Shown piece after piece: positions 53,801 through 64,000 of a DNA stretch of 64,000 nt. A program made the position numbers and the translations under genes. The notes below the pieces were generated by a model. The model was not told the origin of the DNA and ran no database searches. It was given only the letters and a program-made list of their open reading frames with translations. Every line of letters begins with the position of its first letter. Position 1 is the stretch's first letter. Source of the stretch: Octopus vulgaris (lineage: Eukaryota); assembly GCA_951406725.2 (NCBI GenBank), contig OX597826.1, positions 22,072,001 to 22,136,000 on the forward strand. The letters are read 5' to 3'.

Positions 53801-54768
53801 CATATATTTTAACTTGTATCGATTGTTTCTCACGTTGGCCAGAAGCTATTCCTATAGTAGACATTTCTGCTGAAACTGTTGCGAAAGCTTTCGTGTCTAA
53901 CTGGATTTCTAGGTATGGTGTACCGTCCAGTTTAACCACAGATCGTAGTCGACAATTCGAAGCGGTTTTATTTTGTGAGTTATCACGAATCCTGGGTATG
54001 CATCATATACGCACCACTAGTTACCATTCCGCTTCTAATGGGATGGTGGAGCGTTTCCACAGGCAACTTAAGGCCGCGTTGCATGCCTCGCTGAATCCCC
54101 AGTCATGGACTGAATTTCTTCCTATCGTCCTGCTTGGATGTCGGACTGCGATTAAAGTAGACCTTGGTTTTTTTTCTGCCGAGCTCTTGTATGGTACCAC
54201 ACTGGCATTGTCTGGTACGATGTTGGTGCCAGACAAGTCACAATCTCTTAATTTAGAGTCTTATGTTGTTCGACTACGCAGATATTTTTCTGCCCTTCCT
54301 CCTATGGGCCCCTGACACCAAAATCCTCCTTCTAATGTGCCATCAGATCTTGATTCTTGGACACATGTTTTTGTTCATGATGATTCTGTCAAAGGACCAC
54401 TTGTTTCTCCTTATAAAGGACCTTTTCGTGTGATTTCCCACACACTGAAAATATTCAAACTTGACATTAATGGTCGTTCGGAGACCATCTCTGTAGATCA
54501 TCTTAAAAGGGCACATTTTGAGGTGTCAACATCTTTTGATGACACCGCTGCTACAACCATCGTTGAACCTTCACATGCACCTTTGACAACACCACCATTT
54601 ACACATGCACCTTTGACAACACCACCATTTACACATGCACCTTTATCAACACCAACATCGGCAACATCACCTTCGTTGTCGCAGCCCGCCTCGAACAAAC
54701 CTTATGTTACGAGGTCAGGCAGAACTGTTCATTGGCCAAAGAAACTTTCAAAGACTATTTATATTTGA
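50855..54768 (+). pseudogene. Gypsy gag-pol (stops and frameshifts)
   Basis: gag LWFAQLEAYF, CWYHSKFGEKAHKC; VDTG; ILGADFL; YVDDIL; DASD; [12 protein letters not shown]; HSLSHPG..CLRC; [12 protein letters not shown]. Confidence 0.93.
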
Positions 54769-55001
54769 CATTCTCAATTGTGTTCCCAGTGACAGTTACG
54801 ATACTTATTGAACTTTGTTCATTTGAGTATTTTTTTTTCCTTTTGGTGCATTCTTATTTATATTGTAGATTTTGTTTTGATTTGTCATATTGTGTGCCAT
54901 ACATATATATATTTTTTTTTTGGTGATTTGGTAACCACCTTATTTTCTGAAGCCACAACAAGGAATTTTGTTTCGTGCTTCCGCACTCGAGGGGAAGCCT
55001 T

Positions 55002-55511
55002 TGTAGTGACGTCATTTCCCAGTGTGCGTGTGCGGAACGTCATTCTTCAGTGTGCGTGTGCGGAACGTCATTCTTCAGTGTGCGTGTGCGGGGCTGGAAC
55101 CTTCTGGAAAGGCCTAAGGAAGTTCCCTCATGCACATGCGCTAGAGACTGGGGAGGAAAATTCTATCGCGTTCCTTGTTAGCGTCGTTGACTTGAGACAC
55201 GGCTATTGAAGAGAAAGGACGTGTTAAACGTGTGATCAGCCTATTCTCCTGTCCCAGACGCTTAGGATTTGACCTGCTCTGTTGCTGCTGAATTTGTTGT
55301 AAGGTTATCTTACAAATGTTAAAATTCAGCCTTGCTATATCGAACCAAGTGGATACCAATATACCAACGTACTTCTTTTGTAAATAAGAAAATAAAGAGT
55401 TATATATATTTTTAAGGTTGCGTTCTTGTTCCTGACTGGTAGTTTCTGGAAACTAAAGAAAGGAAATTGGTTGCACCCAAACAGTGTAAAGAATCAACCA
55501 GTACCATTACA
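55002..55511 (+). repeat. 3' LTR (510 bp)
   Basis: Same termini as the 5' LTR; extra 28-bp tandem unit and 139-bp segment containing AATAAA. Confidence 0.95.
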
Positions 55512-55533
55512 TATAAATATATATATATATATA

Positions 55534-56236
55534 TGTAGCGAATCTTGCATGCATGAAGTGGATTCGATCCACTATAGCCAAATTTAAACTAACACTGCTA
55601 CAAAACTTTTCCCACGATGGAACAATGGTTTCTCTCTGACATCAGTTTTTATATCTTCCAGATGCCTTTAGTTAGGCCATAATAATGTCTTCACCACTTG
55701 ACCCTTTCTAACCTCTTCTACTTCACCAAAAGCTAGAATAGATAACAACACCACTAACTAAATCTATTGTTCTCAATGATATATCTATCCTTCGGGATCT
55801 TTATATAAGTAAGCACATCGCAAGCAAAAATCAGCCAGTCACATCGTGACGACTCAACGAGGTCTGGTTGACCAACCTCCGTCAGAGGGAGAAAGCAACT
55901 GTGAGACAAAACCCTACCATTCTCTCTAGCTCTAATTCTGTTCTCTTACAACATCATTCAATCTGTCTCAGCAATTACTACTAACAATGAACAGAGCCAA
56001 AACTCAAATATTCTACCGCATCTAACTTTTGCATGCTTTTGGATTTATCAACCTGCCCGTCAAGGCAAGGTATTTGTAACGTAACAGTAAATAAATACTT
56101 TCTTAAAACTTCATGCATTGTACATCTTTCACATCCTACAGTAAACAATTATAACAACAACATTTGACCGTTACAACCACAGACTCCAACACATCATAAT
56201 AATGCATACCAACCAAAACACATTGCGACCGTTACA
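55534..56236. mobile_element. Possible solo LTR of another family
   Basis: TGTAGCG...CCGTTACA inverted termini, 703 bp, non-coding, flanked by tata/tatg. Confidence 0.35.
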
Positions 56237-56239
56237 TAT

Positions 56240-56276
<37 letters not shown>

Positions 56277-56567
56277 TTCCACCACCACCACCATTGCTTG
56301 ACAACTGATGCTGGTGCATTTGCGTCCCTGTAATTTAGCTGTTCAGCAGAATAGACTGATAGAATAAGCACCAGGCTTACAGGGAATAAGTCTAGGGGTC
56401 AATTTCTTCGACTAAAAGGTGGTGCTCCAGCATGGCCACCATCAAATGACTGAAACAAGTAAAAGAATAAAAGCATACCAGAAAAACGTTTAGTACCACT
56501 AAACCAAGAAGGTTCTTTGAATATGTACGATGTATTTTAAAGCTAAATAGTATCTCTGTTTAATTCC

Positions 56568-58096
56568 AGGTAGAAGTAGGGTCCACCAAGGATCAGCCCT
56601 CAGCCCCCTCTTATTCATCATAGTCCTTCAGGCAATAACAGAGGAATTCAAGACAGGTTGCCCCTGGGAACTCCTCTATGCTAATGACCAGCCAGAACTA
56701 GAGAAGAAATTTCAGGTGTGGAAGCAAGGTTCAGAATCGAAGGGCTTTAAAGTCAATGTCATAAAAACCAAAGTTCTAGTAAGTAGGCAGGCGAACACAT
56801 CATACATCCCTTCAGGTAGATGGCCCTGCTTGATCTGTAAAATAGGTGTAGGTAGAAATTCCAGAAGATGTACCCAGTGTAAGCTATGGATGCATAAGAG
56901 GTGTAGCAACATCAAAAGAAGATAGCTTTCATGTGTAGCAGATGCACAGGGGCAATAAACACCACAGATGCTCAGAAAACAGATTTCATCACATTCCAGG
57001 GGGAGGAACTAAAAGTAGTTGATAGCTTCTACTACCTAGGTGACCAAGTCTGTAGTGGGGGTGAATGCTCAGAGAGCATTACCACTAGAATAAGAATAGC
57101 CTGGGCAAAGTTCTGAAAACTTCTATCCCTACTGGTGACAAAGGGCCTCTTGCTCAGAGTGGAAGATAGATTGTATAATGCATGTGTGCGAACTGCCATG
57201 CTTCACGGCAGTGAATCATGGGCTGTGACTGCTGAAGACATGCGTAGGCTTGAAAAAAATAAAGCTAGCATGATCTACTGGATGTGTAATGTCAGTGTTC
57301 ACACACAACAGAGTGTAAGTAGCCTGAGAGAAACGTTGGACATAAGAAGCATCTGATGTGGCGTGCAAGGGAGACGTCTGCACTGGTATGGTCATGTACT
57401 GCAGATGGATAAGGAGAGCTGTGTGAAGAAGTGCCGCTCCCAAACAGTGGAAGGAACCCATGGTTGAGGGAGATCTAGAAAGATATGGGATGAGGTGGTG
57501 AAGCACGACCTTCAAATGTTGGGCCTCACAGAGGCAATGACAAAGGACTGAGACCTCTGGAGATATGCTGTGACTGAGAAGACCTAGCAAATAAAGTGAG
57601 TTCACAGCTGTAGCCTACACCAGTGTTGCATAACCAGTCCACTCAAAAAAGTACCTTTGGATCGTAGGGCGATATGTGAGGAAACCTACTGAGTCAAATA
57701 CATCAAAATTAAATCAAACCACAATCAAATGGAAATTGTAGTTGTGGCTGATTCCAGTGTTACCTGATTGGCTCCCCATGCCGGTGGCATGTAAAAAGCA
57801 TCTTCCGAACATGGTTAAAGCCGACCCCTCACCCTGACTGGCTCCTGTGCCGGTGGCACATAAAAGCACCATCTAAATGTGGTCGATGCCAGCCCCCTCT
57901 GGCCCCTGTGTCGGTGGCACTTAAAAAGCCCCCACTACACTCTTGGAGTGATTGGCGTTAGGAAGGGCATCCAACTGTAGAAACTTTGTCAGATCAGATT
58001 AAAGCCTGGTGCAGCCTCCTGGCTTCCCAGACCCCAGTCGAACCGTCCAACCCATGCCAGCATGGAAGGCGGACGTTAAACGATGAGGATGATGAT
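56568..58096 (+). mobile_element. Second RTE LINE copy, 5'-truncated and decayed
   Basis: Same family as 11807-14625 (GVHQGS, WPCLICKIGVG, RIRIAWAKF), same 3' UTR repeats and (GAT)n tail. Confidence 0.92.
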
Positions 58097-58946
58097 GTTT
58101 GTGTAACTGAGATATTTTGGTTGGATTATAAAGTCATTGGAGTTTCACTACTTTCTATATTCTGTAACTGTTACAATAAACTTTTCTAGATCTGAAGTTT
58201 TTGAGAGGAGGGGTCCAGTTGGTTAGATTGACCCCAGTACACAACTGGTACTTAATTTGAACCCAGAACATAAAGACAGATGATTATAATATACAAACAT
58301 TTCTCATGACACCAGTACACTATTTACAGATGCTTACATTTTTTTATGTTTCTCGTGAATTTTTCAGGGGTCCAGTTAGTATATATTACTTTCTCCCTTT
58401 AGTGATGTTCTCTGCTGTCCTGATATATTGACTTTTCTCATAAATCAGTTTCTAAGAATTTTGGTGTCAGTTTTATTATTAAAGCTTAGATTCAAAGTGT
58501 AGCTGTTGGGAATGGAGAACTAATCTCATATTGCCAGCTCTATCTGTAACAGAATAACTCAGCTTAAAAAAAATAATCTTTTGGCTAAGTCAGAAGGGAA
58601 AGTGTAGAGCCCAGGTTTTTCTTTTTTGTAGGGTTTCTGGAACATGATGGAAGAGAGAGGAAGAAATTTCTGACTAGACACTTGGTAGAAATTCTTTTAA
58701 AAGCAGGAGAACCCAAGTTTAGGGGATGAAATCAGACTCTGTTATGAGAAAGTGATCCCACTGCCATTACAAATACTTGTAAAAACTGACATGGCTAATT
58801 TTCCAAAATAACCTCCACCTCTACCAAATCCTTTAAACTTTTGTGGACTTGAAGCAGATCAGAATTTTAGTGGAAAGAAAATAGATGTTCTGGCAGTTGA
58901 AATGTTAACAAAGTTATTAAATGTAATATTAAACATATACCATTAC

Positions 58947-59093
58947 CTAAATGTACACTGCAGCAGATGGTTTAACTTGAGTTCTTCATAGATATCCGTC
59001 TTGTTCAGAAGTTCTGTTTTAAAACCTGGTGATATTTCACCGCTCCAGGTTTTCCAGATTTCTTTGATCCACACATCAATATCTAAATCAGAT
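58947..59093 (-). CDS. TTC6: TTC6-like exon
   Basis: cAG/GTAAT; SDLDIDVWIKEIWKTWSGEISPGF... recalls the W-x3-IW-x-TW motif upstream of the TPRs in TTC6 (from memory). Confidence 0.8.
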
Positions 59094-60136
59094 CTGTAAC
59101 AAGAATTAATAAAAATAGGAATTATACTGAAAAATTTATAAGATTAAAGAAAAACAGCTGTGCTTATTTGTCTTTGATTTATTGAATAGCATATCCAAAT
59201 TTTTAATAGATAAAAAATAATTATTGTTAATGAGAAGGGATATAAAGGGATATCTTAACTAGAAGGAAGAGAATACGAGACAATTTATTGAGAAACAAAT
59301 TAAATGATTGAGAAAGTTACACCAATGCAAGTTGGAAATAAAAAAAATAATCCTCCAATCACCACTAAAAAAACAAAAAAAAAAAAAAGAGTTTCCAGCT
59401 TTATTGTATATATTTCAACAATATTTTGACCATTTGACCATACACAAATGAAGGTCTGCTGGACTACTGCACCATGTACAGATAAAGGTGGGAGCTAGAG
59501 AAGTGCTGCAACATACAATAACGAGGAGTGCTATATTAATTACTGTCATGTAATCCAGGTCATCTGCTAACAGCAGGTTTTAGTTGTTTAATGAAAATCG
59601 TATAATGGTTGTTATATTATTAATCTGTTTGCAAAACTTCTCCAATTGACCTATTTGAGCATATCAGAAGAATGTTCCACTCTCCTTCATTTAAGATTAG
59701 GTCATCACATGGCTGAAATATGGTTTGGATCAAGGGTTCTCAACCAAGGTCCATGGATGCAATGCAGTAAATTGGGGGTCCACAGTAATTTTCCAGGAGT
59801 CATGAAAAAAATTGTGCTTTAGACCAGTAGTTTCCAATGAAGACCCCTTGTTGCAATGTGGACCCCTGTACAATGGTGTGCTTTTAACTCAAAACAACAT
59901 TTCTAAAAATATTAATAAGTAAAATTAAAATCATTTGAGAAAGCCATAACAATGCAAGTAATGGACAAAAGAAGAAAAAAAAACCCCAAATGTTTACGCT
60001 TTTATTTTATTTAAATAAGAGTTCTCAACCTTTTTTACCTGTGAACCCCTCTAATTCCTATTTTAGTTGTGTGAACCCCACCCCATAGCCAGTCAATGTT
60101 TAAAAATCCCATTGTATTTTTATAATTAAATACGTA

Positions 60137-60525
60137 TGGAGAAGGACAGCTGTGTAAAGAAGAGCCGATCTCTAACTGTGGAGGGAACCTGTGGTAGAGG
60201 TAGACCCAGAGGTCATGGGACAAGGTGGTGAAGCATGATCTTTCAACACTGGGCTTCATGGAGGCAATGACAAATGACCGAAACCTTTGGCATTATGCTG
60301 TGCTTGAAAAGAATACCCATCAAGCCAAGTGTAATCATAGTCATGGCAGATACTGGTGTCATGTAAACGGCATCCGTGCCAGTGGCACATAATAGTACCT
60401 CTTACACTCTCAGAGGGGTTGGCATTAGGAAGGGCATCCAGCTGTAGAAACCATGCCAAATCAGACTTGGTCAAACCGTCCAACCCATGCCAGCATGGAA
60501 GGTGGACGTTAAATGATCATGATGA
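60137..60525 (+). mobile_element. Short RTE 3' fragment
   Basis: DSCVKKS..LTVEGTCGRGRP, then ccgtccaacccatgccagcatgga and gat tail. Confidence 0.8.
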
Positions 60526-60810
60526 TAAATGTTATTCGGACTTGTATAAAAATTGTTGAAATACTTTGCATATTCCTCTCTCTCTTTCGGAGAGGCACTG
60601 AGCAGCTATACGCACACATACACACACGGCAGTAACTTCCACCTACCGAATTCAATCACAAAGCTCCGGTCGGCTCGGGGCTATAGCGGAAGACACCTAC
60701 CCAAAGTGCCACGCAGTGGGACTGAACCCGAAGCCATATAGTTAGGAAGCAAGCTCCCTAACCACACAGCCATGAATCCATTCATTTTGCCCAGAAACTT
60801 TAACAACTAA

Positions 60811-61036
60811 TGTGTCTGGGAAGAGTCATTTTCTTTTTGTACCTTATTATGTAACACTCACCAGTAAAATTTCCACGTTTTTCTTATTTTTATTGTCCTA
60901 AAATTTTTGTTGCGTGAAAAGGTTGCAAGACACATCGAAAATTTTAAGACAATAAAAATAAGAAAGACGTGGAAGTTTTATTGGTGAGTGTGTTACATAA
61001 TAAGGCACAAAAAGAAAATGACTCTCCCCAGACACA
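60811..61036. mobile_element. Palindromic MITE-like element, about 97-bp arms
   Basis: tgtgtctggg...ctaaaatttt mirrors aaaattttaag...cccagacaca around a spacer of about 30 nt. Confidence 0.85.
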
Positions 61037-61188
61037 ACAGAATATGCTTTAACACACAAACTCATATAAAGAATCTTGCAAACCAAATTCAAAAACGAAA
61101 TTTAACAACTAAATTCTATGGGAAATGAATCTTCACAAATGAGTCATAAATATACAAGTCAAAAGTCCCTCTTCAAGCAAGGAGATTC

Positions 61189-61190
<2 letters not shown>

Positions 61191-61266
<76 letters not shown>
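61191..61266. repeat. (GA)n microsatellite
   Basis: Direct reading. Confidence 0.95.
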
Positions 61267-61269
<3 letters not shown>

Positions 61270-61950
61270 TGTGTGTGTAAGGCCATAGGTTAGTTACTTA
61301 GCTATTAAACTCTGTTGAAATATCTGGAGAGGAAGATCAATAGGTAGAAGCAGTTCTAAAGTTGATAAGTTAATGATGATGATGATGATATTTGTGATGG
61401 TGATAAGGCTTGGAATGATGATTATAATTGTAATGGTGGTGGCAAGAGAAAGAAGAGGAAGATGAGAATTAAGAATATAAAAAAAAAAGGTACATTAGTA
61501 CACTGGAGGTGCAAGTGTGACTGTGTGATAAGAAGCTTGCTCTCCCAACCACATGGTTCTAGGTTCAGTCTCGCTGTACAGCACCATAGGCAAGTATCTT
61601 CTACTATAGCCTTGGGCTGACCAAACTCTTGTGAGTGGATTTGGTAGATGGAAACTGAAAGAAGCCCACTGTATATATATATTATGTGTGTGTGTGTTTG
61701 AGTCTCTTTTGTCCCCCACCACCACTTGACAACAGGTGTTGGTGTGTTTATGTCCCCATCACTTAGCAGTTTGGCAAAGTGGACCAAGACAGTAAATACC
61801 AGGCTTAAAGAAAAAGTACTGGTTTTGATTCGTTTGACTAGAGATTCTTCTAGGTAGTGCCCCAGCATGGCCACAGTCTAATAAAATAAGCAAGTAAAAG
61901 ATAAAACATAATGTTAATTTTCTTTAGTAAAAATGTTTTTATTTCCTTAC

Positions 61951-62025
61951 GGTTTGCCTCTTTGCTTTGCAAATGTTTCAACATCGAAGTAGGAAGGTTC
62001 ACTTTCAATTGCTGCAGGACGCAGT
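61951..62025 (-). CDS. TTC6: TTC6-like exon
   Basis: cAG/GTAAG; LRPAAIESEPSYFDVETFAKQRGK; phase 2-2 compatible with neighbours. Confidence 0.7.
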
Positions 62026-62221
62026 CTGTGGCAACAACACAAAAAGAAAAAAAAAGCTTTTAAATCGAATCCTTGCAATACTGGTACAGGTCAAGTTGGT
62101 TAAGCTGACCTAGGGCTATACTACACAAACAACATAACATTGTTTCCACATTGCATCAATATCTCAACAATGCTGTATATCAGGATGCTCACTCAATACA
62201 TCATTCTATTATTAACCACAA

Positions 62222-62420
62222 TATATTCTTTTCTACTCTAAAGCACAAGGCCCAAAATTTTGGGGAGGGGGGGCGGTCGATAGATCAACCCCAGTACACA
62301 ACTGAAAGAGGATGAAAGGCAAATTCGACCTCGGCGGAATTTGAACTCAGAACATAAAGGCAGATGAAATACCACTAAGCATTTCGCCTGGCGTGCTAAC
62401 ATTTCTATCAGTTTGCTGCC
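62222..62420 (-). mobile_element. tRNA-derived SINE with 13-bp TSD
   Basis: B box gagttcaaattcc on minus strand; ttattaaccacaa at 62209-62221 and 62421-62433; related partial copies at about 31105-31270 and 43420-43660. Confidence 0.85.
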
Positions 62421-62766
62421 TTATTAACCACAACATATTTTGTGAAATTTGGTTCCTTGTTGCTTGTGAATATAAGAAATGTGGAATAATAGATCTGCAA
62501 GAGTTGAAGCTTGTCCTATAACCAACTCCCTGAGTGTTACATGTCTTCTTGATTACGGTTTATTATATCAACACATCTCAAATTGAAGGTCTGTAGTGTG
62601 AGGAAGAATTCCTCCTCCACCAATTGCAAAGTCTTGAGAAAGAGTCAGATGCAGCACCCTTTCTATTCCGACTAACAGATGAAAAATAAAAACATATAAA
62701 TGGAATTTTGGGAACACATTTTTGAAGGTGAAATATCCACTGTGTTTTGTTAAGAAGCAGCTGTAC

Positions 62767-62895
62767 CTTAACATTTTCTCAACATTGAAGATATTGCCTG
62801 CAGACAAGGTTTTTTCTAGAATGACTGGAGGTTCCAGAACGCTTTCAAGATCAATTGAACTTTGGCTTCTTGAATATTCACTTTCACTTCGTGCC
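62767..62895 (-). CDS. TTC6: TTC6-like TPR protein, first exon seen in window (gene continues upstream)
   Basis: ttcAG acceptor and GTAC donor; reads ARSESEYSRSQSSIDLESVLEPPVILEKTLSAGNIFNVEKML; phase joins next exon; poorly conserved region. Confidence 0.7.
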
Positions 62896-63165
62896 CTGAA
62901 ATAAAACCACGAGACTTAATATTTATTTTAACAATCCTTAGAACTGAAGTTTTGTGGATTAGTAAATTCTTTTGAATTTTGGACAAAATGACTTTCAGCA
63001 TTTAGTTACAGCTTTACATTCTGATTTGAAATCCCGAAAAGGTCAACTTTCACTTTCACTTTTCTGGGGTTGACAAAATATCAGATAAGTCCTGGGCTTG
63101 ATTTAACCAACTATATCCTCCACCCATAACATGTGTGGCTTTGTACCAATATTAGATAATATTCT

Positions 63166-64000
63166 GTTGGGGTGAAATCCTGATACCTCGGTGGGATAGC
63201 AAGTCAACTGCCCTAAACTGTATAAATGTGCATGCATACTGTCAGTGAGGACAGTGTGATGTGTGCAGGCGCTTTGTGAAGACTATTGTGGAAAAGAGAT
63301 ATTGTTTCTGGTTTATATTTGTATTGCTATAACCTTGTTATAAGTCCACATTATAAAGTGGCATATACAGTAAGTTCAAAGAAGGATATAACAGTGTTGA
63401 CAAAACTTCCGAAGCTCATGGAGGACATACTTATGGAAGACTTGGTATGGAAGACTTGTTAGCTTCCATGGTTCGGTTGCAATGGAAACTACAACAACAA
63501 CAGCAGCAACAGTTGCAATGGCAACTACAGCAGCAACAAGAACAACAGAAACAGCAAGAACAGGTACAACAGCAACAACAACAACAACAACAAAATCAAC
63601 AGTTGTTGGAATTATTGCTGCAGTCAAAAAACACTTCAGCTTCACTTTTGGCAGACATGGTTGCTAATTCAATTGAAGAATTTAAGTATAACCCAGAAGG
63701 GATTAAAATGAAGAGTGTAAAAGCTGGATGGATGAAAGAAGGTATGTCTTCATTTAAGGAAATTATCACCAGCAGAACATGAAAAGTTTTGTAATTACAT
63801 CTTGCTGAGAAAACCATCTGAAATTTGTTTTGAGGAAACAGTTAAGCTATTATCTAAAATATTCAGTGAAAGATGTTCACTATTTGATATTCACTGGGAT
63901 TGGCTAAATTTAAAGAAAAAAAGAAATGGAAGATTTCATCACATATGCCAGAATCGTAAATAGAGAATGAGAAAAATTTAAACTCGATGAATTAAGCCCA
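63166..64000 (+). mobile_element. Probable 5' part of another decayed Gypsy element (polyQ gag start), truncated by window end
   Basis: Q-rich N-terminus then MVANSIEEFKYNPEG and a downstream SLFDIHWDWLNLKK fragment, a pattern recalled from invertebrate Gypsy gag; LTR limits uncertain. Confidence 0.55.

Larger units (their letters stand above)
49707..55511 (+). mobile_element. Ty3/Gypsy LTR retrotransposon, structurally complete, ORFs disrupted
   Basis: TG..CA LTRs 49707-50049 and 55002-55511, TATA on both flanks, PBS, PPT-like gaggggaag, gag then PR(DTG)-RT(YVDD)-RNaseH-IN(HHCC, DDE). Confidence 0.97.

Noticed and set aside
54571-54655. 30-bp tandem repeat (HAPLTTPPFT) after integrase
   Set aside because: Ordinary slippage in the low-complexity pol tail
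63447-63782. PolyQ host gene
   Set aside because: Antisense within an intron, followed by stops and frameshifts; better explained as a decayed gag

Overview
Eukaryotic, AT-rich, repeat-dense genomic DNA; the repeat repertoire (tRNA-derived SINEs, RTE LINEs with (GAT)n tails, abundant TA/AAT microsatellites) suggests an octopus/coleoid genome (inference). The whole window lies inside one minus-strand gene: 19 short GT-AG exons (62895 down to 3480) splice in consistent phase into about 684 codons of a TPR-repeat protein resembling TTC6, open at both ends. The introns hold a near-complete Ty3/Gypsy LTR element, a Helitron with both termini, RTE and Tx1-like LINEs, three mariner relics, a hAT relic, SINEs, MITE-like foldbacks and Penelope-like elements (PLEs). 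The most notable signal is a set of minimal hammerhead ribozyme motifs (576-617, 2786-2837, 2943-2994, 7874-7916, 14981-15098). Four are in the sense of the host pre-mRNA, two sit in the arms of a 267-bp palindrome, and one marks a 3.9-kb almost non-coding PLE derivative. All calls are by eye; no database search or folding was run.
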